Assembly: GCA_951406725.2 (NCBI GenBank)
Contig: OX597822.1
Coordinates: forward strand, 94,612,001 to 94,676,000
Source: Octopus vulgaris
Taxonomy: Eukaryota
Direction: 5' to 3'
Length of the DNA stretch: 64,000 nucleotides
Position numbers and translations under genes: made by a program. Positions 37,128 through 50,191 of this stretch are shown in pieces (position 1 is the stretch's first letter; every line of letters begins with the position of its first letter). Under the pieces are notes generated by a model. It did no database searches. It was not told the DNA's origin and saw only the letters and a list, made by a program, of their open reading frames with translations.

Positions 37128-38379
37128 AATTAAGATTGGGGTTGTAAATGCAATCCTCCATGGGATAACATATATCCAATAACTGCTAGTGAAGTACCCA
37201 ACAAAGTTAATACATAAATATTAAGAATTGCAATGCAATTAATTCATTTACTGTATTATATGGGCAAAGGTAAAATGTTTTACCACAAATTAATTTAGAT
37301 GTATTTCTCCATTTTCTTATTTTGTATATATATATATATATATATATCTGCTAAACATGTTTCCAGCGGTGGTGCCCCAGCATGGCCACGGCCTTCAGGC
37401 TAAAACATTTTTAAGGATTTAAGGATTTATAGAGAAGGTAAGTTTACACTAGGAAAAGCAAACAGACAGAGAGAGACAGATAGACAAAGTACCAGTGTCC
37501 AACTAGTATTCAATTTATCAACCCCAAAAGGATGAAAGGCAAAGTAGACTTGGTGGCATTTGAACTCAGAATGTAAAGACAGATGAAATACCACTGGGCA
37601 TTTTATCTCCAGGCAGGATTCACAAAGTTCTGCACCTTGGATTTCAGTGACCTGTGGTTCCTGCTCTGTTGGAACTGAGTGATGTTGCTGAAGAAATCAT
37701 CTTCTGCATCCTCATTTCTAGTGGTGCTGCTGCCCTTCTCTTTGGTCTCTGTAGTGTGATGGAGGAAGAAGACAACAGAAAAAGAAGCAAACAGGAGAAA
37801 GAAATACAAAGACCTTACCTGTTGACCTAGGCAGGTTGAGCGATCACTGTCAAGAAATAAACTCGTCCTTGCACACTGCCATCTCTGCTCCAACTCACGC
37901 ATGTGCTTCCTGCCCACGCATGCCCCGTGGCTGTTCCACCGACCCCTGCAGTCTTCACTTCCATCTACCTCATCTGCAATCCTCTCCACCAACACCACAT
38001 AGCTCATCACATCCCATAACACCACAAACACCACAGTCTCCATTAGGGCTGTCTCTACAACAGTCTCCATGGCATTTGTTACTTTGGCCTGGCTGTTTTT
38101 ATACAGACTTGTGTATTGGGTTAATAATAATGATATTAATGGTTTCAAATTTTGGCTCAAGGCCAGCAATTTTAGTGGGAGGGTATAAATCGATTACATT
38201 GACCCCAGTGTTTAACTGGTGCTTATTTTATCAACTGTGAAACGGTAAAAGGCAAAGCTGACCTTGGTGGAATTTGAACTTGGAACATATAGATGGACAG
38301 AATACCTGGCATGCTAATGGTTCTACCAGCTTGCCACCTTGTAAGTAGTAGTAGTAGTAGTAGTAGTAGTAATAGTATG

Positions 38380-38930
38380 CTCTGATGCAGTACCAGGCAG
38401 TGGCTCTCATGGCTTCTGATTTTAACTGATTAGAAGTTTTACCATGTACATGTTTTGTCTTGGTATAAAAGATGGGCTACAGCAAATATTCTGCTTAGTA
38501 CAACAGATTTGCATGTCAGTTGCTTGACCTTAAATAGTTGAGCATGTCCCTTAGTGACTGACAATATGTGCGTCTCTGATCACGAGCAGAAGTAGTGGGG
38601 GAGCATCGTAGCCATGTGTTGAGAGGGATTCTTTGGGGTTTGAATAATTCACCTCTGGAAATATGGGCTTCATTCATCATCCTTAAAACAACCCTTATTC
38701 AGGGGCCTTTTGAGTGGGATGGGCTACTTGACCTGAAGAAAATTCTAACTGGGCCCTACCTGCAAGGTCATGCACTGTTTATCTTGATATAAGTTCACCA
38801 TGTTGTGCACATATGGTTGTTATGCATGTGCCTGGTGTACTCTTATCAGATGGGTAGTCATGATAGATATATTGGGTTTCGTATATTTATACCCCAGTGT
38901 CACTTAGATTGCATGCTCTGCTCTGTCATT
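38380..38930. repeat. Unclassified interspersed repeat, SINE-like
   Basis: GC-richer 550-bp island bounded by (AGT)n and (AAT)n; no ORF homology recognised; single copy in this window. Confidence 0.35.
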
Positions 38931-39443
38931 CAATAATAATAGTATTATTAATGCTGGTTTCTGATTTAACCACAAGGCCAGCAATTTTGAGGGAGGGGCT
39001 ATTCAATTACATGGTCCCAGTACATCACTGGTACCTTACTTTAACAATTCACGCTGAAGTCGAGATTAAAAGCAATCTGTCAAACTATAGTACACTGCAA
39101 TCCGAAACTGATTATGCTAAGATATTATCTTCATGATTAGCGAGTGGGTTCTCCCACTTTTGTTTGGCTACAAATGAAGTGAATTGCAATATGTTGCAAT
39201 ATATTTATTACATTAAATGGAAATCAAAACAACAGCGTCATCAACAACAACAACAACAAAAGTAGCAGCACCATCAGCAACAGCAGCAGTAAATGCAACA
39301 ATAATAAAAAAAAAGTCAATTTATAATCAGATTACTATCAATTATATTCAGAAACTCATAGTAAATTGTTTCTATGTCTGATGAGTATGTATGCAAGTGT
39401 GTATAGTTACATATATATATGTATATGTATGTTTTTTTTTTTT

Positions 39444-39488
<45 letters not shown>

Positions 39489-39820
39489 TATACATAAGTA
39501 TATATATTTGTATATGCATATACATATATATACATATGTATACATATATATGTATGTATGCATGTATTTATGTATATCATATATACATCTGTATCTGTAT
39601 ATATGTATATATGTATAGATATATATGTGTGTGTGTATAAATATGTGTGTGTATATATATATGTTTATATGTATGTATCCGTGTATGTGTGTATGAGTAT
39701 GTATATGTGTAAGTGTGCATATATACATACACACATATATATATGTATATATACATAATCCATATATATACACACACATATACATACATGCATGCATGCA
39801 TGCATACATACATACATACA

Positions 39821-39889
<69 letters not shown>

Positions 39890-40269
39890 AGATTTTTTAA
39901 GTGTTCTATCAATGAAATTGAATAGTTTTGAAAGCCATAAAAATATGGATTTTAATGAAACAAAGTTTTATTACTTTTTCCTTTTAAATTTTTGACCACA
40001 GGGAGCACATTTCTAGAATGTAAGTAGAATAGAAGGAGAGAAAAATATAATAGCGACACAATATTATCTCTGCTTCTTGTGGAGGCACAAGGCCATAAGG
40101 AAAAAATGTTCAAATTACCCATTAAACAGCCATTCTCTTGTTTACCATTACTGTCTGTTTGATATATCGGAGAATCATTAAGAGGCTACCATGGCTAATG
40201 TTTTTTTTCTTTTTTTATCAGCTCTGTCACAAAGTAAGATAATATATATATCAGACTAAGAGCAAATTT

Positions 40270-40620
40270 CCATCCATCCATCAATCCATTTTCCCCACGC
40301 ATTATTTCTGGGAGGATCGTGGAGGGGGAGCTAAATTCCTCAGGCACCCCCTCCATAAGGTGCCATCAGAAATGTCTGTCATTGGACTTTCTGGCTGGAT
40401 TCCCAAAGAGTGACTAGCTGAGACTATAGATATTATCCAGTTACCTTGTTCTTGGTCTCCTGCTGATCAGATCCATTGGCTTGAAGAATCTGTCTTGTGA
40501 TTTGTTTCTTGTCACAATCTTATCACATGTCTGTTGCGCCAGAGCTGTGGCCTCTCAATACAGAGAAGTAGCAACTTGGAGAGAGTAACTGATCTTCAGC
40601 ATTAACTTGTATCTGAGTAG
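40270..40620 (-). mobile_element. Old RTE (Expander/Rex3-like) 3' fragment
   Basis: LLLCIERPQLWRNRHVIR resembles LLL.IERSQLRW.GHV.R; (GGAT)n-like tail. Confidence 0.5.
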
Positions 40621-41680
40621 GTAATCTGTAGTGAGCAATTGAGCCTTTTTATCCTGATGGGTATGAAGGGTACAGGTTCTTGAGGTGGTTGTTCAGACCT
40701 AGGGTTGTATAGAAAAGCTGGGCATTTATTGCATGGGAAGGCTGGAGTGTTGAGCAAGTACAAGTCACTCTTTGCATCTTCAACGTCTGATCTCTGTATA
40801 ATGATGTCTGTTATTTTCCATCTGGTCTGTTCCTTTAACAATGACATGCCCACCACTTTGGACAGTCCTTGATGGTTGTCTCCCAAGCATTTGGGTGAAT
40901 GGAACAGTGGAAGGGAGTGACTTTGAACTGATCTCGGAAATGGAATCTGAGGGCCTCACATGGTCTGGTGCCTGAGCCCAACTTCACAAAGCTACACACC
41001 ATCATCATCATCATCATCATTTAATGTCTACTTTCCATACTGGCATTGGTCAGACAGTTTGAGAGGAGCTGACCAGCTGAAGGGCTGACCAGCTGAAGGG
41101 CTGTTCAGGCTCAATGTCTGTTTCGGCATGGTCTCTACAGCCTTTCCAAATGCTAACCACTTTACAGAGTGTACTGGGTGCTCTTACACAACACTGGAAC
41201 GGGTGCTTTTTACATAGCACCAGCACTTATGAGCCCACAAAATTAGGGATGCTCAGCTGGGGAGGGTTGCAAAGAATGTTGTTATCAACATCCTTTTAAT
41301 ATCTACTTTTCCTATGCTTGCATGGCTCAGGATGAAACTTTTCTTGCAGTAGAGTCATCTATGCTGTTTCTGTTTCCAAGCAGTCTATCAAACAATAAAC
41401 AACCTCAACATATTTTTGTAGAGGACTGCAGGCAAGCAATGCCATTTGTATGAGAGCTTAGGCTTCGTTTATGATCAATCAGCACACACCTGTCGAAATG
41501 AAAGAAATATGCAAATATGTTAAAATGCAATATGTCAAAATGAAAGAAATAGGTCCAACCCATGCTAGCATAGAAAACAGACGTTAAACGATGATGATGA
41601 CGATGATGATGATGATGAGTCTCACACATACAAACACATGTGCAATACACTGTCATGTAACACATCACATACATGTAACA

Positions 41681-41712
<32 letters not shown>

Positions 41713-42405
41713 TATGTACATGTGTGTGTTATATGTATGTACACGTGTATGTATGTATACACACACACACACACACATATACACCATTATCATCGTTTTC
41801 ATTGTTTTAACACCTGCTTTTCAAGGCTTGCATGAGTCAGATGGAATTCACTGAAATAGGTTTGTGTATCAGACTTAATGTGTATATACTGTTGATAGGC
41901 CAGTTACTGTGTTATTTGTCTTGAGATAACATCTCCCATAGACTACTTTCTGTGCAAATCATTTGGCTTAATTTCTATGACTGGATGCATTTTCTATCAC
42001 TAACCACTGAACATAGTGTTCTGGTTTCATTTTCTGAATGTGCCTCAATAGCACTATTAGCCCCTGAGCAAAGCAATGTCCTGTAAACACAACTATAGCA
42101 TATACTGGGTCCCTTGACCTATAGGGCCCACACCTGGGCAAGTAGCTAGTGTGCTCATGCCTTAAGTGGACACTGGCACCAACACTAGAGAAGTTGAATA
42201 ATCCTTGGTGAGTTAGAACTAAAGGGACCTCACAACCAATTGCTTTCTCTGCCTATTTGCCATCCATTTCACTGTGAGCACTCAGTGCATTTTTGAGTCA
42301 GCAGCACTAAAAAGATTGTAGGAATTGTTTTCATTCATGATACCTATACAGTAGGAAGTGTTTTCATAGTAGGAAGTGTTTTCATTCATGATACCTATAC
42401 AAATA

Positions 42406-42813
42406 GGTGGCGAGCTGACAGAGACGTTAGCATGCCCGCCGGGCGAAGTGCATCGCGGTATTTCGCCCGTCGCTACGTTCTGAGTTCAAATTCCGCCGAG
42501 GTCCACTTTGCCTTTCATCCTTTCGGGGTCGATAAATTAAGTACCAGTTACACACTGGGGTCGATGTAATTGACTTAATTCCTTTGTTTGTCCCCTCTGA
42601 GTTTAGCCCATTGTGGGTAGTAAAGAAATAGATATTTCGTCTGCTGTTACGTTCTGAGTTCAAATTCCGCCGAGGTCCACTTTGCCTTTCATCCTTTCGG
42701 GGTCGATAAATTAAGTACCAGTTACACACTGGGGTCGATGTAATCAACTTAATCTATTTGTCTGTCCTTGTTTGTCCCCTCTATGTTTAGCCCCTTGTGG
42801 GTAATAAAGAAAC
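42406..42813 (+). repeat. SINE family A dimer inside a single TSD
   Basis: GATACCTATACAAATA flanks both ends of the dimer. Confidence 0.85.
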
Positions 42814-43713
42814 AGATACCTATACAAATAAAGGTAGAGAGTACTCAGGAACTCAAGGCAAGAATACCCAACATCAGACTATGGACCAGCACTAGACTGT
42901 GGATCATTTGGTACCTGGCCATACAGACAGAATGAATCTTTTAATTTTATTTCTGTTTTATGATTAATCGGCACACACCTGTCGAAATGAAAGAAATATG
43001 CACTGAGTTTCACACATACAAACACGCATGCAATATACAAGATGCTGTTGCATTATATACTCTCTTTTACTCTTTTTTACTTGTTTCAGTCATTTGACTG
43101 CGGCCATGCTGGAGCACCGCCTTTAGTCGAGCAAATCGACCCTGGGACTTATTCTTTGTAAGCCCAGTACTTATTCTATTGGTCTCTTTTGCCGAACTGC
43201 TAAGTGACGGGGACATAAACACACCAGCATCAGTTGTCAAGCAATACTAGGGGGACAAACACAGACACACAAACATACACGCACACACACACACATATAT
43301 ATATACATATATACGACAGGCTTCTTTCAGTTTTCGTCTACCAAATCCACTCACAAGGCTTTGGTCGGCCTGAGGCTATAGTAAAAGACACTTGCCCAAG
43401 GTGCCACACAGTGGGACTGAACCCGGAACCATGTGGTTGGTAAACAAGCTACTTACCACACAGTCACTCCTGCGCACATATGTATTATATTTTTTTATTC
43501 TTTTACTTGTTTCAATCATTTGACTGGGGCCATGCTGGAGCACTATGTTCAAGGGTTTTAGTTGAAGAAACCAACCGCAGTACTTATTCTTTGTAAGCCT
43601 AGTGATTATATCAGTCTCTTTTGTCAAACCACTAAGTTACTGGGATGTAAGCCCACCAACAACGGTTATCAAGCGATGGTGGGGGTGACAAACACAGACA
43701 CAAAGACACACAC

Positions 43714-43771
<58 letters not shown>

Positions 43772-43857
43772 TTATATAAATAAGGATAAGATCGTTAATT
43801 TAAAAATAAAATAACAATTTTATCAAAGTGGAAAAAATAACCTTCAAAGGTAATAAA

Positions 43858-44223
<366 letters not shown>

Positions 44224-45199
44224 TAGATATATATGATGGGTTTCTTTCAGTTTCCATCTTCCAAATCCACTCACAAGGCTTTGTTCAGCCTGAAGCTATA
44301 GTAAAAGACACTTGCCCAAGGTGCCATGCAGTGAGATTGAACTTGGAACCACACACCCTTGCCCGCACCTGAAAAAGTCATACACCTGCAGAGGTATTCA
44401 AACCAGTGACTCTCAGAGTACTCCTAAGGTTGACCTATAAAAGTCTGATGCTCTACCAACTGGGCTATGTGATTATTATATATGTATGTAATAATCAAAT
44501 GATATATTATGCACTTTATTGTGTTTTGCTATGTGTGTGGTGCTCTGGTCTGTGGAAAATTTGTCTTGGATGAAACTGGTCTGTGGTGCCAGAAAGGTTG
44601 AGGACCACTGACCAAAGGCATGTAGATCAGGGAAGAGAATGAGAGAGGGTGCAACGAAAGTGAAAAAAACAGAAATGGGTGGATGACTGAGGTGTAAGAC
44701 TGCAAGGGTAAAGTGTAGGGAGACCTCAAAGCCTATGGTGCATGCATTTACTTGTAGGGTGACCCAGGAGAGAATAGGAGACAGATCATTGACATCATCA
44801 GATGGGCTAGAATGTGTGGGGGTGGGTGGGGTGAGAAGCAAGAGAATGATGTGAAAATGTAGGATTACTTGGCAGTGGCAGGTCTACAATATTGGGGCCC
44901 TGAAACTTAAAATGTTATGGGGGCTTTCTTTACGACCAGCAACAGTAGCATAACATCCAGCAAGGACCAAAGAATGTTTGTGCCCTTGTAAGGAACTCCA
45001 GCCTTGAGGCCCTGATAGCCCAAATGGTGGAGTGGCGAGGTGGAGTCCTTAAAAATTAATCTGACAGTGAGCCCTCTTTCCACCAGAAATGAGGTGTGGG
45101 TAATCACTAATATCTTTGCTGATATGGTTGTTCCATGGCAGATCACCACAATTTTCTTTACAAATTTAAGCACTACATTTCAGATTGTGATTCTCAAAG

Positions 45200-46030
45200 T
45201 CAGTGGTGCGAACAAATATTTTCCAGGCTATGCCTTATACTTTTAGAGTTATGAGGGTTGAAAATTAGGGAAGCATTACATACATACATGATGTATCATA
45301 GAATAAAGACATAAAACGTAACAATACCACAGTCAATATAATCTAATACTAATCTTATATTTAAGCTACAAATGAAAATTACAAAATACTCTTTTTCCTG
45401 TTTTTTCTGTAGCAATGTATTCCCATACAGTTTTGTAATATGAAAGCTTCCTTGCTATGCCATTTTCTAGAGACAATATGCATAAGGAATTTAAGTGTTT
45501 TTCAGTCATAGTAGATCGAAATTTAATCTTTATAGAGGAAAGCTTTGAGAAATTCCTTTCTGCTTCACAGCTCATGATAGACATTGTCAAGTACAGCTTA
45601 GTGCAATGGTAATATTAAGGAACACTTCAATTAATTGTTACTCATAAATAAGCTGATGAACAGCTGTGCATCGCATTTTAGATGGTGTGTTTTCTTCTGT
45701 GTTCTGGGATATCCTAAAGTGTAAATACTCTTTGAACTGATAACACTCATTTATTAATTTGTGGTCAACATCGTCTTTGTAATGTGATATTGCAAGTTTG
45801 ATGCTGTCCTCATCAAATTTTGAATTGTTCATCAGTTCTGAGAGGAACTTAAATCTTTGCATAGTCTGCTCCTATGAGTCCATCCTCTTGCTGAACTGGA
45901 TATTATCAAGCAGTCATAGACTTGATTTAGAACTTCTATAATAAATTTTCTAGCCCCTTTCAATAAAGTCCTATCATTTGTTCCATCTGCAAATTTCTTT
46001 GTAACAATGCATTTAGAAACATCAGAATAA
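45200..46030 (-). mobile_element. hAT (Tip100/ZMYM1-like) transposase C-terminal fossil
   Basis: CEAERNFSKLSSIKIKFRSTMTEKHLNSLCILSLE matches the hAT dimerisation domain. Confidence 0.82.
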
Positions 46031-46032
46031 TT

Positions 46033-46415
46033 TCATCATCATCATCATCATCATTGTTTAGCTTCCGCTTTCCATGCTAGCATGGGTTGGACAGTTCAAC
46101 TAGGGTCTGGGAAGCCAGAAGGCTGCACCAGGCCCAGTCTGAACTGGCAATGTTTCTACGGCTGGATGCCCTTCCTAACGCCAACCACTCCTTGAGTGTA
46201 GTGGGTGCTTTTTACGTGCCAGACGAGGCTGGCAAACGGCCACGAATGGATGGTGCTTTTTACGTGCCACCGGCACGGGGGCCAGGCGATGCTGGCAACG
46301 GCCACGATCGGATAGTGCTCTTTATGTGCCACCGGCACAAGGCCAGTTGGGGTGGTGCTGGCAACGGCCACATTCGGATGGTTCTCTTACATACCACCGG
46401 CACTGGTATCACAGC
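46033..46415 (-). mobile_element. RTE 3'-UTR fragment interrupting a hAT fossil
   Basis: Same UTR sequence and (ATC)n tail. Confidence 0.8.
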
Positions 46416-47119
46416 TGCGGTGATATATTCACATAAACCTTTTCCTACTGATTCATAGTGTGTAATCTTGTCAGCTGTAATCTGCATTAATTTGTGAGGA
46501 AGGACTTCAATTCCTGAAACTACCAGACTAGTTACTGGTACCTTGCATAGACTCATACCTTACACCTTACACATACAATATCACTAAATTTGTATAATTT
46601 CTTCTAATGTACACGTATCTGTATTCAGTGGTAGGCATAGCAAACCAAAGAGTTATCTTCACTAATCGCTAATTTGTTAATTAAAAAAGTTAGCTTCGCA
46701 AACGCTAAACTGGTAAAAATATTAGCAGAAGCTAATGTTGATAACCACTACCTTTTATCATATGAATTTAGTTTCAATTTGGGTTTTTTTTTTGCTCTAA
46801 AACCCTTAAAAACAGGCATAGAGAGCTGAAATTTTCATTTTGTAGCTTAGATATAAAGCTTTCCAAAAAGGTGTAGCATGCCAAGATGTCTTCAGGTGCT
46901 AGTCCCAGCTGACGGGGGTGATTGCTTCCCCTTTGCAAATATAAGGACACAGAAAATGTGTCAAAGCTGACAGGAGATGTTGATGTATCCTTGGGCTAAA
47001 TGGTGGTGGTGTAATTCCCTTACGGGACCGTCACATTGAGTTGACAGTATACGACCACTCTATCGCCCCACCACTGCTCATGTCTTTCTGAGACACTTAG
47101 AAATTCAATATTTCTAATG

Positions 47120-47172
<53 letters not shown>

Positions 47173-47956
47173 CAAGGTGACTAGCAGCAATCTAAAACCA
47201 ACAAGGAAATAATTCACCATCACTAAGAGTGACAAGGATGCAGTGAGCACTAGCATTGCTAGAAATAGGAGTCGTAGACTCTTTAGCCACAAAAGTACAT
47301 GGGTTCTTTGTATTGACAGGGAGAAAACCCTTCCCACTGTGAGTGTGATGCATTAGATTAGCATGCTAAGTTTGTATAGCAAATTAATACTCATCAGTAA
47401 TGCTCACTCCATCACAGCTAGTAGAGGCCAACTCACCCTGTCAATATCATGGAGAATGCCATTGAAATCAGTGACTGATCTCACAAAATGGCAATGTGAA
47501 AATTATAAAATAATCAGGGTGGTTAGCAACAATTTAAAACCAATGAGGAAATAATTCACTGCCACAATATATAAACTGACACAGAGTATGATCAAGGCCT
47601 ACTAAAAAAAAAAAGAGAAGAAAACTAGATTCTCATCTGTATCACCACATAAGCTGCTATGGTTTTTGTGAGCACGTGGTTTGTACAATTTTTGCTACTA
47701 GGCTGTTCTAAATGCATGGAAATTTTGCTTATAATTTAAAGCCTTGTTATTCAACTTTTGAAAATAGTGACACTACCCTGATAGGTGACATGTTGGGAGT
47801 GGGGGATGAATAACTGAGATAAGGGATGGAATGATGATTGGAATTTGATAAGTTCAGAACTTGAGGTTCGTTTATTCATTATTCCATTAAAGACTGCTGT
47901 TTTGGCTGAGCAGACTTAATCATGAGTGGAATATATAAGTATGTATGTATATGTTA

Positions 47957-48508
47957 GGTCACTTTCGAGTGCTACTGGTAACATGTAACCCAGTACAATC
48001 TGTTGCATGGTCGGGTCGTCGGAGACTAAACCGGCATCCCCACCAAGCTTGCTTGGTGAGGAGGGTGTTTAATGGACACCCTGCAGGATGAAAAACAAAA
48101 CCCGTCAAAGGGCGGAGGAACTCTTGAGAGTCAACGGCCATCCGATAAATGTCTTAATGCTGTATCATGCGCGGGGACATAGAAATAATCGGACTGAATA
48201 CCCGATCGCACGGTTAAACCATTGGGAGTGAAGGACTCCTAGCCTTTGTTAGGGCATCCTTCTAGGAGAAGGTAACTCAGGTAACTGGGATAACTCCGAC
48301 ATAAAACCTGCGGCTCAGTGGTTACCGATGATGTTGACTTATTCTTCTTTTCGGATTATGGCTGCTGTTGCTTAGTGAGTGGGATTGACTCAGTGCACAG
48401 CCTTTCCTCACTTTAAAAAAAATCTTCTTGCACAGGCATTGCATGATAACAACATTGATTAATCTTCATGCAATGGCCATACTCGATAACGAGGGGGCAG
48501 CTACCAGC
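47957..48508 (+). mobile_element. Short non-coding RTE-derived (probably bipartite) retroelement
   Basis: GC-rich 550-bp island within a (TATG)n run; contains GGGCATCCTTCTAGGAGAAGGTAACTC..AAAACC, resembling a conserved RTE 5'-UTR motif; no ORF. Confidence 0.55.
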
Positions 48509-49756
48509 ATGTATGTATGTATGTATGTATGTATGTATGTATGTTTGTATGTATGTATGTATGTATGTATGTATGTATGTATGCATGTATATATAAATAT
48601 ATACACCATATATTATATATTATGACATTTATTTCAATTAGCTATTATACATTTTATTACGTTAATTAAGAAAATAATTATTTAATAAATAATTATATAA
48701 TTAAATTAAGAAAATATGAAGTATGCCGTAATAATAATTTAATAATCTTGTATAATTTTAATTTGTTAATACTTTGAAATATACTCCTCCAGCTGTTTAT
48801 GGCTGGCTGAGATCATTCTGCCCAGAGTGTGGTGGGACAGGGTTCAGTGTCTTGAACAGGTCAACCAAGGTGGGGGACTCCATTACATACAGCAGTAGCG
48901 TCGAGCTGGTAGAAACGTTAGCATGCCGGGCGAAATTCGTAGCAGTATTTCGTTTGTCGTTATGTTCCAAGTTAAAATTCCGCCGAGGTCGACTTTGCCT
49001 TTCATCCTTTCGGGGTCAATAAATTAAGTACCAGTTATGCACTGGGGTCGATGTAATCGACTTAATCCCTTTGTCTGTCCTTGTTTGTCCCCTCTATGTT
49101 TAGCCCCTTGTGGGTAGTAAAGAAATATACATACAGCAGTAGCATGTTGTTGAGAAACAGGTCTACACTCCTTCTGTCCACTATAGATTGACGGACGCCA
49201 GTGCCAGCTGTTTGGGCAAATGCCTTGCCAATGCTGGGCTGGCATTCTTTCTTTGCACATGACTGCAATGACTGGCTACTAGCACTGCTGTCAGAAGAAT
49301 GTTTGTGTTTCCTACAGGAGGAGCCGGCCTTGATCCTCTCCTGAAACTAAATGGAATGTGCTGGGTGTTTCTTCTTGGCATGTGACTTCAAGTTGTAGAG
49401 GCTCATTGCTTGTCCCTTGATGGTAGCCTCTTTGGGCAGGCACATGACACACCAGAAGTACATGATATTGGTATTCCTCTTATCCCTTGATGTAAGGACA
49501 AAGTAATCCTCCAGGTGGGGCCATGGGTTCTGAGACTCCTGGCCCTCAATCCAAGTGACCTCTGCCTCACTCACAGCCATTGCAGACTCCTCAACAAGCC
49601 CTTCATCTTTTGGCCGAACAATACTGCCTTCACCTTCCGTAATGATAAGCGATAACTTGATGAGCCGATAACATACACTGCTGTCAATGACATGGTAAGA
49701 CTGACTGTAAAGTGACAACATTGTAAGTGAACACAACTCAAAACTGCAGAATTACA

Positions 49757-50191
49757 AGATCTTTTCGGTTTGAACAGCAGTTTTTTCTAGCAGTGTCATA
49801 TGAAATTGTCACCCATAATTATGACCCTAGTATCGATCTATTGCCTTTCAATCTATTTTGGGGTTAGGGTTAGTTAGGGTTAGGGTTAGGGGAGGGGGGA
49901 AAGGGTATTTTTTTCTTCACAAATGTAAATAAACCCAATCTGTTTCTTAAACGAGACACATATTCATATGGCACAGAATGTTTTTTTTTTACCTCAATAG
50001 ACGTCATTGATTGGTTGAAATTGCAGAAATTGAAGTAAAAATCAACAAATATCTTACAAACCATAGAATTTTCTCAATAAAGCCAAGAGAAAAAGATGTT
50101 TTATAAATACATTCTACCAGTATACGAAGTTTAAAATTTTTTAGTTACCTAGAAATTATGTTAAAAACTGCCGTTCAAACCGAAAAGATCC
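49757..50191. mobile_element. MITE with GGATCTTTTCGGTTTGAACGGCAG TIRs, 8-bp TSD and internal (TTAGGG)n
   Basis: TSD GAATTACA at 49749-49756 and 50192-50199; ~29-bp TIRs. Confidence 0.92.

Noticed and set aside
37603-38169. 188-aa ORF as a host gene
   Set aside because: Chimeric: it starts in a SINE tail, reads through an apparent intron and low-complexity sequence, and ends at a SINE.
49860-49890. Telomere or chromosome-fusion scar
   Set aside because: The TTAGGG tract lies inside a TSD-flanked MITE that has a second copy in the window.
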